Assembly: GCF_947489565.1 (NCBI RefSeq)
Contig: NZ_CANLEA010000015.1
Coordinates: forward strand, 70,410-134,409
Length of the DNA: 64,000 bases
Direction of reading: 5' to 3'
Source of the DNA: an uncultured Kordia sp.
GTDB lineage: Bacteria; Bacteroidota; Bacteroidia; Flavobacteriales; Flavobacteriaceae
Of the stretch, positions 27,901 through 37,500 are shown one piece after another; the first letter of the stretch is position 1; each line of letters starts with the position of its first letter. Both the position numbers and the translations under genes were made by a program. A model generated the notes under the pieces. The model was not told the DNA's origin. It saw only the letters and a program-made list of their open reading frames with translations, and ran no database searches.

Positions 27901-30647
27901 ATGTCAATAATAATGCTGCATTAGAATATTTGGATGTAGAATCCAACAATATTACAGCACTCAATCTTTCTTTAAATACACAATTAACGCAACTATATTG
28001 TTCGGATAATAATTTAGAAAGACTGAATGTGAAAAACGGAAATAACGAAAATTTCACCACTTTTTTTGCGACTCAAAACGATAATTTAACTTGTGTTGAA
28101 GTAGATAATGCAGAATATAGCACCACAAACTGGACAGATATTGATGCGCATACCAACTTTAATGAAAACTGTACTTACGACTTTACCTATGTGCCAGATG
28201 ATGCTTTTGAACAAGCGTTAATCAATTTAGGATATGATACAGCTCCTTTAGATGATTTTGTGCCAAAAGCCGCTATAGAAGTAATTACAACACTAGATAT
28301 AAGCAATTTAGGAATTACTGATTTAACTGGAATCGAAGACTTTACAGCTTTACAAGAACTCAACTGCTCGTCCAATGCGTTAGGAACACTAGACGTACGT
28401 AATAATTTGAATTTGACTAACTTAAACTGTGCTTCAAACGTATTAACTACACTTGACATACTCGCTAACGAAAACCTTATTTCGTTGAACGTAAACGGAA
28501 ACATGTTGTCTGCACTCAATATTATTAATAATTCATTACTAGAATCAGTGAATATTAGTAATAACAACATAATGGTATTTAATGTAAACTTTCATGTAGC
28601 ATTAAATGAATTGTATGCAGACAATAACGCGTTGCAAATGCTAAATGTTAAAAATGGAAATAACACGAATTTTGTTGGTTTCTCAGCCATAGGAAATCCG
28701 AGTTTAACGTGTATACAAGTGGATGATGCAACTTGGAGCGCAACCAATTGGACGAGCATTGATGTACAAACAAGTTTTAATGAAGATTGTGGCTATGCAA
28801 CCTATGTACCTGATGATAATTTTGAACAAGCATTGATTGATTTAGGCTACGATTCTGGTCCCTTGGATGATTTTGTGCCTACAGCAAACATCAATCCTGG
28901 AACAACTTTAAATATTGATATAAGCAGCAAAGGAATTGTAGATATGACAGGAATCGAAGCTTTTTCAACCTTACTATCGCTCGATTGCTCTAACAATGCG
29001 ATTACCAATCTGAATGTAAGTAATAATTCAATATTAAATTATTTAAAATGTGACTATAACGACTTAACATATTTGAATACAAATACGCCAAGTTTAGCGC
29101 AGTTGTATTGCAATCATAATGAATTAACCGCACTAGATTTAAGCAACAATCCAGACTTATTTATTTTAGATGCTAAGTTCAATGATATTGAAAATTTAGA
29201 TGTCAGTGTAAATACAAAATTAAGAGATGTCGATCTTCAAGAAAATCAATTAACAACGCTAGACTTTTCTACACATACACTTCTAGAAGATTTACGATGT
29301 CATAACAACAGGCTTAGAAATTTAAACATAGGAAATTCTCCCATATTGCAGGTTTTAGTTTTTAGTGATAACAAATTAGCAGCTATTGATTTAAGAAGTA
29401 ATATAAACTTAGAATTCATCATTGGGCAACGAAATTTCTTATCAGAATTAGATCTGAGCGCCAATGTAAAATTGGAAACTTTAGCCGTTAGCGGAAACGA
29501 CTTTACATCGATCGATTTGACAAATAATATACTATTAGACGATTTATCGATTCCTAATAATTATATCAACGAATTATCTCTTGACACCAATGTGAATTTG
29601 GAACGATTGACATGTTTTTCTAACGAATTGAAAACTTTAGATCTCAGCATGCTTCCAAACCTAAACTATATGTACGTAAGTGATAATGAGTTAACATCTT
29701 TGAATGTACAAAATGGAAACAATGCAAACGTAACATTCTTCCGAGCAGCTACGAATGATGATTTGTATTGTGTGTTGGTTGATAATGCTGCGTATAGTAC
29801 TACCAATTGGACACAAATTGATGCACAAACTTCATTCAATGAAACGAGTTGTGATTATATTGAATTAAGTGCAAAAGTGCTCTTACAAGGAGCAAGTTTA
29901 GGTCCAAATGTTGGAGAAGAAAACTTAATGCGAGACGATTTACGCGTCAACGGATTGATCAGTGCAACTTCACCATATGGAGATGGCGCAATGATTAGTG
30001 AATTGGTTCGCACAAACGATAACGCAGGAAACTCAATGGTCGATTGGATTTGGGTAGAATTGCGTGATAAAAACAATCCGACGAATGTCATTGCCGGAAA
30101 ATCAGGAGTTTTACAGCGTGATGGAGATATTGTAGATGTAAATGACGATTTAACAAAACCACTTACATTTGATGCGCTTCCTATTGGAGACTATCATATC
30201 GTTATAAAACACCGCAATCATTTAGGTGTGATGACGGCAACTTCGGAAACACTCAAACAAGCAACTACCATTGTCGATTTTACCAATGCGAACAATCAAA
30301 TTACTTTTGGAAGCAATGCACAGACTGTTTTTGGAATGCAACCTAACAAAACGGCTATGTGGGCAGGAAATGTCAACGGAGACACAATGGTGCAATATTC
30401 TGGAACGAATCCAGATACGCCAACCATTTTATCAACCGTATTGAATGATCCAGGAAACTTCTTGAATTTCCCAACCTTTGCGGTAACCGCATACATTGCA
30501 GATGATTTGAATATGGATGGAAACATACAATATTCTGGAACCAATCCAGATACGCCAGTCATTCTACAGAACGTACTCGCACATCCTGGAAACTTCTTAA
30601 ATTTTAGCACATTCCAGATTACAGAACAGCTACCTGAACATGATTAA
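24942..30647 (+). CDS. Giant secreted LRR (internalin-like) protein, 6 capped LRR cassettes plus shared C-terminal domain
   Basis: Signal peptide. Six xxVPDDxFEQALIxLGYD N-caps, each closed by LNxxNGNN...CIEVDD.. C-caps. C-terminal AKVLLQGA...LMRDDLR...HRNHLG...QITEQLPE domain from 29859. Confidence 0.92.
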   Translation: MKKKLPFIAILILPFLIFAQTYVPDDNFEQALIDLGYDSGPLDDFVPTANISGVINLDITQKNISDLTGIADFAALEEIRFSQNQIQTIDFTSNTNLTFISAYTGDLTSIDITGLTNLEEIYLQLHDLTSLDISTNTALRILHCNGNDITSMNVSNNTLVELDCSGNDLATLDLSNTPALKVLRIAGNLFQTIDLSHNTELTLLNLYGTPVVSLDVSNNSLLEYLYVNFSASNQTTLEELDLSNNPALKILRAQSIINLRSLNLQNGNNTAITTFVVTNTPALSCIEVDDAAYSTSNWTAVDASVTFSTDCDPLSTDVPDDNFEQALIDLGYDFGPLDDIVLTANISGITTLDVSSKNIADLTGIEDFTALQTLYCNDNQLTSLDVQNNLQLADLRCNDNQLTNVDLSSLLQLQIFSATNNQLSSVDISNNSSLLAIAVTENNLTALNTSNNPLLIQIICGQNQLMSLDVSSNPDLIDLYCYQNQLTTIDVTSNSILEVLWCRSNQLTSINTTGINTLKTYVAYDNQLNAIDVSTNSGLELLSLGNNNLSTVDVSANSSLTELYAQANQLNSLDVSANAALETLWVFNNAIPVLNLSNNINLQVVDIGTNDYASLDLSSNAQLTEVYVQNCPNLEVLNLKNGANPNLTNFLATGNPNLSCIEVDDPATSTANWSGVDAGTVFSIDCNYDLIYVPDDAFEQALINLGYDTAPLDDYIPMENINTVTTLDISNLGIADMTGIEGFIALEELNCSGNSIENLQITANTLLTNLDVNDNLLSELNISTNLALEMLNVSNNALTTIDLNNHTQLTSFDGSYNNFILLLIKNGNNSNMTNFAATNNPDLTCIEVDDVAYSTTNWTAIDTQTSFNTDCNQFYTYVPDDRFEQALIDLGYDSGPLNDYVLTANINTITVLNVTYKGITDLTGINDFTALVQLDCGYNALSSIDIRGNANLEILDCRFNAITSIDVTNNAALRALSLWSNDFTEIDVNNNAALEYLDVESNNITALNLSLNTQLTQLYCSDNNLERLNVKNGNNENFTTFFATQNDNLTCVEVDNAEYSTTNWTDIDAHTNFNENCTYDFTYVPDDAFEQALINLGYDTAPLDDFVPKAAIEVITTLDISNLGITDLTGIEDFTALQELNCSSNALGTLDVRNNLNLTNLNCASNVLTTLDILANENLISLNVNGNMLSALNIINNSLLESVNISNNNIMVFNVNFHVALNELYADNNALQMLNVKNGNNTNFVGFSAIGNPSLTCIQVDDATWSATNWTSIDVQTSFNEDCGYATYVPDDNFEQALIDLGYDSGPLDDFVPTANINPGTTLNIDISSKGIVDMTGIEAFSTLLSLDCSNNAITNLNVSNNSILNYLKCDYNDLTYLNTNTPSLAQLYCNHNELTALDLSNNPDLFILDAKFNDIENLDVSVNTKLRDVDLQENQLTTLDFSTHTLLEDLRCHNNRLRNLNIGNSPILQVLVFSDNKLAAIDLRSNINLEFIIGQRNFLSELDLSANVKLETLAVSGNDFTSIDLTNNILLDDLSIPNNYINELSLDTNVNLERLTCFSNELKTLDLSMLPNLNYMYVSDNELTSLNVQNGNNANVTFFRAATNDDLYCVLVDNAAYSTTNWTQIDAQTSFNETSCDYIELSAKVLLQGASLGPNVGEENLMRDDLRVNGLISATSPYGDGAMISELVRTNDNAGNSMVDWIWVELRDKNNPTNVIAGKSGVLQRDGDIVDVNDDLTKPLTFDALPIGDYHIVIKHRNHLGVMTATSETLKQATTIVDFTNANNQITFGSNAQTVFGMQPNKTAMWAGNVNGDTMVQYSGTNPDTPTILSTVLNDPGNFLNFPTFAVTAYIADDLNMDGNIQYSGTNPDTPVILQNVLAHPGNFLNFSTFQITEQLPEHD

Positions 30648-30688
30648 TACAAATTTTTGGTAGTTACATAATGAGGGGATTATCTTGT

Positions 30689-30721
30689 AAGACGTCATTT
30701 CTATTTGGAATGGCGTTTTTT
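30689..30721 (+). terminator. Intrinsic terminator after the 1901-aa gene
   Basis: aagacgtcatttc-tattt-ggaatggcgtttt, a 13-bp stem with G-U pairs that form on the + strand. Confidence 0.75.
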
Positions 30722-30754
30722 GTGATTGACACTGAAAAAAATACTTCCTAAAAA

Positions 30755-30838
30755 AAACGCCACCTTAGCATAAAAGATGGCGTTTCGATTCATTAGTTGC
30801 CCCAAAAGTCTATTTGCCCAGTGTTAGACTGCAACTAA
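30755..30838 (-). repeat. Structured element plus terminator, copy 1
   Basis: Minus strand: TTAGTTGC-AGTCTA-ACACTGGGCAAA-TAGACT-TTTGGG-GCAACTAA, then hairpin AAACGCCATC/GGTGGCGTTT plus T run. Homologous to 31423-31501. Confidence 0.75.
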
Positions 30839-30889
30839 ATCCTACTTAATATTATTAATGACTTATTCAAATGTTCTTAAAAAGTTGTA

Positions 30890-30919
30890 AAAAGCACCAT
30901 CTGTGTAGATGATGCTTTT
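30890..30919. terminator. Terminator-like hairpin downstream of the 48-aa ORF
   Basis: aaaagcaccatct-gtgt-agatgatgctttt. Confidence 0.65.
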
Positions 30920-30991
30920 AATCATTAGTCATGAAAGTTTCTAGACGCCTTTTCTATAGCTTTACAACTAATGTTACTTTTTACTTTGTGA

Positions 30992-31138
30992 TTATTGTTG
31001 ATTGTTCTTTATCTTTTTTTCAAGTTCAATCAGAAGTTCTAATTGTGCTTTCATTTCATGTTTTTGTTGTTCCATTTCTTCAATGGTTTTTGTTTTTTGC
31101 CTTTTCGATTTAAAAAATCTTTTAAAGAGGTGTATCAT
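30992..31138 (-). CDS. Small basic coiled-coil protein, 48 aa (not in ORF track)
   Basis: MIHLFKRFFKSKRQKTKTIEEMEQQKHEMKAQLELLIELEKKIKNNQQ. First ORF after the direct-repeat promoter at 31202-31260; resembles the 53-aa ORF at 37950-38111. Confidence 0.65.
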   Translation of the reverse strand: MIHLFKRFFKSKRQKTKTIEEMEQQKHEMKAQLELLIELEKKIKNNQQ

Positions 31139-31201
31139 AACATCTTTGTATTCATGTGATTTAAACTTCATATAGGATAAGAAGCTTTTCTGAAACTTTT
31201 A

Positions 31202-31260
31202 TAAATGTATGATGCACTATAGTTTTGAAAAAAAAAGTTGGGGAGACATTTAGGGGGACA
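31202..31260 (-). promoter_or_regulatory. Direct-repeat activator site plus -7 box
   Basis: Minus strand TGTCCCC...TGTCTCC (12-nt period; starts 31260 and 31248). TACATTTA starts at 31209, 39 nt after the proximal repeat. Confidence 0.7.
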
Positions 31261-31422
31261 GGTTTTTAAGTTGTTGAAAATCAAAATATTAAATTCTTGT
31301 TCGAAAACGGAAAAATAACTTTTTATAAGTAGTTAATAATTGAAAGTGCTATTTTCTAGATTGATTTACTATCAATTTTTTCTGTTTTCTTTTGAATTTT
31401 ACGATTCAAATCAATTTAAAAG

Positions 31423-31501
31423 AAAGCGCCACCAATATCGATGACGCTTTAATACTTAGTTGCCCCAAATGTCTAATTGCCCTTTATTAGACTACAACTA
31501 A
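31423..31501 (-). repeat. Structured element plus terminator, copy 2 (3' of the 2126-aa gene)
   Basis: Minus strand TTAGTTG-TA-GTCTAAT-AAAGGGCA-ATTAGAC-ATTTGGGG-CAACTAA, then AAAGCGTCATC/GGTGGCGCTTT hairpin whose G-U pairs form only on the minus strand. Confidence 0.75.
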
Positions 31502-31551
31502 AAACCTAGTAAACTAAAACTAAATATTGCTTTTTTGTATTTTGATTGTTC

Positions 31552-34500
31552 TTATTCATTATCGGGTAATTGTTCTATAATTTGATACGTACTGAATCCT
31601 AAAAAGTTACTTGGATGCGCCAATACATTTTGTAAAATAAATGGCGTATCCGGATCTGTTCCTGAATATTGTGTATTGTTATCCAAATTAACATCGTCTG
31701 CATTGTAACCACTTACTACATACGTTGGAAAGTTTAAAAAGTTTCCAGCGTCATTGAGTACTTTCGATAGAATTTCTGGCGTATCAGGACTTACTCCAGA
31801 ATATTGTACAACGCTGTCTCCATTTACATTTCCTGCCCACATTGCCACAATATCCGTTGGCATTCCAAAGGTTGTTTGTGCATTGCTTCCATAGGTAATT
31901 TCATTGTTTGCATCTGTAAAATCAACAGTCGTAGAAATTTGTTTTAGCGTAATTGCAGAAGCTGTCATAATACTTAAGTGATTTCGGTGTTTTACCACAA
32001 TGTGATAATCTCCCGCAGGAACATTGTCAAAAGTTAATGGTGTTACCAAATCATCGTTTACATCTACAATATCGCCATCACGTTGTAAGATTCCAGATTT
32101 TCCAGCAATGACTGTAGTTGGATTGCTTGCATCACGTAGCTCTACCCAAATCCAATCGACTGTAGAATTATTTCCATTATCGCTAAGTCCAACAGTTTCA
32201 TTGATTGAAGCACCATCACCATACGGAGAATTGGCGTCATAAGTTCCTCCAGCAATTCTAAGATCATCTCGCATTAAGCTTTCTTCTCCCGTATTTGGAT
32301 TGAGTAAAGCACCTTGCAGAAATACATCCACATCGACAATGACAAAATCACAACTCGTTTCATTATAGCTAGCTTGCGCATCTTTATTTCCCCAATTGGT
32401 ATTACTATACGCTTCATTATCTACCAAAATACAATACAAATCATCATTGCCTTGTGCATTGAAATCCGTGATGATTCCATTGTTTCCATTTTGTACATTC
32501 AGACTTATTAATTCATTATTATCACAAAAAAGAGTTTTTAAAGCTACATTATTACTGAGATCAAGTGTTGTTAATCGATTTTGGAATAGATCTAAGGTTT
32601 CTAATACTGTATTCGTAGAAAAATCTGCAGTAGCGATCAAATTCCCATACACAACAATAGTTTTTAACGCTGTATTATTTGTGGTATTTAGACTTGTTAA
32701 CTGATTAGAATCTGCTGATAAACTTTCTAATAGGATGTTTTGTGAAATATCTAAACTTGACAATCCACAAGCATTTGCTGAGAGAGATACAAGGTTTCGA
32801 CTGTTAGAAATATCAAGTACTCCGATAGTATTGTCTGAAGTATTCAGATTTGTTAATCCAATAAAATCTTCAATTCCTGTGATATCTGTAATTCCTTGAT
32901 TGCTTATATTTAAACTTGTTACCGTTTCTATAATGGCTGTTGGCACTTGTCCATCGGCTGAAATATCGTCATAACCTAAAGCTTCTAAACGTGCTTCAAA
33001 GTTGGCATCTGGAATGGCTGTGTAGCGACAATATTGATCGCTAAAACTTGTGGTCACATCAATTCCTCCCCAATTAGAGGTACTGTAGACAGCATCATCT
33101 ACCAAAATACAGCTTAACGAAGGATTGTTGGTTGCTACAAAATTGGTAACGTTCATATTATTCCCATTCTGAATGTTTACAAATGTTAAATTGTTATCAT
33201 TTGCAACAAAAGATGTCAATGCCGTTTGAAGCGAAACATCAATCGTTGTGATGGAATTATTATCGCACCAAAATGTAGTTAATAATGTATTTGTGCTAAG
33301 ATCAATGCTTGTTAGCGCATTGTTTCCGCAACGCAAATCTAACAGTGCTGTGTTGTTTGAAACATCTAATATGTCAATGGAATTGTTATTACATTCCAAA
33401 TAAGTCAATGCGGTATTGGTAGAAACATCTAAACTACTTAAATTATTGAAAGAGCTTACCAATTGCTCAAGATTGGTATTTGCACTAAGATTTAAGGTTG
33501 CAATAGGTGTAAACTTTGTCCAAAGTATTTTTAATGCAGTATTGTTTGAAAGGTCTAAACTCGTAAATGTATTGAGAGTTGCATACAATTCTTCTAAAGC
33601 AGTAAAGTCTTCAATTCCCGTAATATCTGCAATACTTTGCGAATTGATGTCTAAGGTTGTTACCACTTCAATTAACGCAGTTGGTACTTGTCCGTCAGCA
33701 GAAATATCATCATAACCTAGCGCTTCTAAACGTGCTTCAAAGTTTGCATCTGGAACAGCAGTATATCTACAATAAGCTCCGTCCCTGAATGTTACTGTTA
33801 GATCCACATCTGTCCAGTATGTAGTGCTATACGCAGCATCGTCTACTAAAATACACGTTAGATTTGGATTGTTATCTGCTATAAACGTAGTCACATTGGC
33901 ATTATTCCCATTTTGTACATTCAAGTAATTTAAACTTGTATCGTTCGCATATAAACTTTGTAAAGCCGTTTGATTGCTTAGATCTAAGCTTTCAATAGCT
34001 GTATCATTGACACGTAACGTTATAAGATTTGTATTATTAGTCAAATCTAAGGCAGTAATATTCGTGTTTTCTAAGCGTACTGTTTCCAACAAAGGATTAT
34101 TAGAGAGATCAATACTTGCAAGTGGTGATCCGTAGCATTCTAACAATTCTAAATCAGGATGAACGCTCAAATCTAAAGTAGCAATATCTGTGTTATTAGT
34201 TCTAAATTCTACTAGTTGAACATTGTTACTAATATCGATACTTGCTAATCCACCATTTCCTTGTACGAATAGTTTTCTTAACTCTGTATTATTGGATACA
34301 TCGATCGTTGTTAGATTGCTACCTGCAAGATTTAGATTGGATAAATCCGTGTTATTAGACAGATCAATCGCAGTAATATTATTGCTATCAGCCGTTAAGG
34401 TGGTTAACAATACATTTTGTGTTACATCTAACGCTGTTAAATTGTTGAGTCTACAGTTTAAAGAGGTCAATGCTACAAAATCTTCAATTCCTGTTAAATC

Positions 34501-37500
34501 ATTGATACCTTTATTTGGAAGCGCTAAACTTGTAATTCCTTCAATTAATACTGTTGGTACTTGTCCATCTGCTGAAATATCATCATAGCCTAACGCTTCT
34601 AACTCTGCTTCAAAATTCGCATCAGGAATGGCAGTGTAGCGACAGTAGGTTTCAGAAAAAATTAAACCTGTATCAACTTGTGTCCAGTAAGTTGTACTAT
34701 AGGCAGCATCGTCTACTAATACACAGTTTAAATTGCTATTATTTGTCACGTTAAACGTGGTCATATTGCTATTGTTTCCGTTTCTGATGTCAATATGTTC
34801 TAAGATTCCCGTTTGTCCTTCAAACTTTGTCAGAACCGTTAAGCTAGTTAGATCTAATGAAGTAATTAATGAACCGTTTACTTTTAGCCAATCAAGTTGA
34901 ACGTTATTGGTAATATCTAGTGTACTTACATCAGTATTGTCAATGCGTAACTCGTCCAATAGTGGATTGTTAGTAACATCAATTGCTGTAATATTTGTTT
35001 TGTATAAGCGTAATTTTTTCAAGTTTATATTAGCACTTAGGTCTATCGTTGCAATGTCTGTTTCAAATGCTTCTAATATTTCTAACGCAATATTATTGCT
35101 TACATCTAATGTTACAATATTATTTGCAGGGCAATCCAGTCTGGTTAAGGCAGTGTTTGCAGAAACATCAAGTGCAGTAAGTTGATTAGCTCCTAGGTCT
35201 ATAATTTGTAAGTTTACGTTTTGAGATAAATCTATAGAAGTGATGTCATTTTGATTGGCAATTAGTGTCTCTAAGGCAATATTATTAGATAGATGTAACT
35301 GAGTTAAGTTATTTCTATCAACATCTAACGTAATTAAGGCTGTAAAGTCTTCAATTCCTGTTAAATCACTAATCGATTTGCTTTGTAGATCCAAAGAAGT
35401 TACCACTTCAATTAACGCTGTTGGCACTTGTCCATCTGCAGAAATATCATCGTACCCTAAAGCTTCTAATGCCGCTTCAAAATTAGTGTCAGGAATGGCT
35501 GTGTAGCGACAATACGTATCATTAAAGGAAGCTACTCCAGTATCAATGTTTGTCCAATTTGTAGTACTCCAAGCGGCATCATCTACCAAAATACACGTCA
35601 AAGCACTATTTCCTGAAGCGTTAAAATCCGCATCTAAAATAGCGGTATTGTTTCCATTTTTAGTATTTAAGAATGTCAAATTATTGTTACTGCATTCTAA
35701 ACGTGTTAGTGCAGGATTGTTGGAAACATCTAAGGTTGTTAAGTTATTATCCGAAACTCTTAATTGTGTTAATGCAGTTAAGTTTGAAACGTCAATACTA
35801 CTGATGTTAGCCCTAAGTATACTTAAGATTTCTAATAAGTTGTTTTGAGAAACATCTAAACTATTTATGCCCGTATCTTGAAAGTATAAAAATTTTAAAT
35901 TGACATTATTGGTAATATCAATGCCTGTGAGATTGGTCTGATCACGAAGATTAATGGTTTCAAGTAGCGTATTGTTGGAAACATCAATTGTTGTAAATAG
36001 ATTGCTTCTTAAATTTAGGAATGTCAGATTGGTGTTTTGACTAATATCAATTGTGCTGAGCTGATTGTATCTTCCTCTTATATAATCTAGTGTTGTATTT
36101 GCTCCTAGCGTCAACGATGCAATAGCATTATTATCAAACTCTAAGGTTTGTAAATTCATATTAGTACTTACATCCAAAGAAGTCAGTGAATTGTCTGAAC
36201 AATTCAAATCAACCAATGCCGTAAAGTCTGAAATACCTGTTAAATCCGATATAGATTGATTTGTTACGTCTAAAGTAGTTACAACTTCAATCAGCCCAGT
36301 AGGGACTTGTCCGTCGCTACTTATATCATCATATCCTAAAGCTTCCAATGCAGCTTCAAAGTTGGCATCTGGAATAGTAGTATATGGTATTTCATTAATG
36401 TCAAAACTTCCCAAACTAATAGGGCAGGAGCTTTCATTAAAAGCTACCCAAACATCATAGGTTCCTATAGCAAGATTTGTAATATCGGCAGTGCCCGCAT
36501 CATCATTAAAAACATGCGGATACGTTGTACCACCATCTACACTAAATTTAATTTGTGTTTCTGTAGCTTCATCATCAAAACTTACTTTTATAATTCCGTT
36601 ACTTTGTCCTGCATTCACGCCAACTGTTTCTGTAACAGAAGCTACAGGTGTTACAGTATTTGCCAGCGGCACAAAATATATAGCTCCAGAATTACTTGGA
36701 CTATCATCTTCATTTTGACCAATTAATAAGTAAGGAAAAGAAACGGCAACCGCTCTGTGTGCGAACTCATCCCAACTAGCACCAGAAGTTATTTTTGATA
36801 TTTGTGTCCAGTTATTGGTACCATCATCTTTAAATACATACAATGCATCTGAATTGATTGCTCCATTTCCAAAAGTTCCTACATATAAATATTCACCATC
36901 CAAAGCGACATCAGTTCCAAAACGTTGATCATTAAAACTATCTTTGTCATCATTTTGAATCATGACGCTATTGGCTTCTAAATAATCACCATTTATATCT
37001 GCTTCGTACACATAAACTCTTCCTTGATCTGCTTCAGGTGTTGTAGAAGTTTCAAAATTCATAGCACCAATGGCTAAATAATCTCCTTCCACATCAATAG
37101 ACCATCCAAAAGCTTCTGTAGTTTCAGTACCTCTTAATCTGTGTGTACGTGACCAAGTTCCATCATTTGCTTGATCCCATATTTGAACAGATCCAGCAGA
37201 GGCATTACCCACAGCAGAAAAATCTTGAGGTCCGCTAACATACGCACGTCCATTTTTTATTAATACATCATGACCAAATCGTGCGCCTGAATAGTTAGAT
37301 TGTACTTGCGGCTCTAATTTTGTTTCGGTATAGGTAAATGTATTGGTTCCATCATTTTCATATAAATACGCGCATCCACCAATGCATCCATTTCTTGCAC
37401 CTACAAGGATTAAATCACCTTCAATAGAAACAGCTTCTCCAAAACGAATTCCAGTAGTTCCATCGCTAGGTTCAAAAATGGCTACTTGAGTCCACGTATC

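Noticed and set aside
30931-31113. 60-aa hydrophobic + strand ORF (looks like a type I toxin)
   Set aside because: It is the antisense of the Lys/Glu-rich 48-aa minus ORF, which explains its Phe/Leu content. The minus ORF has a promoter and a homologue; this one has neither.
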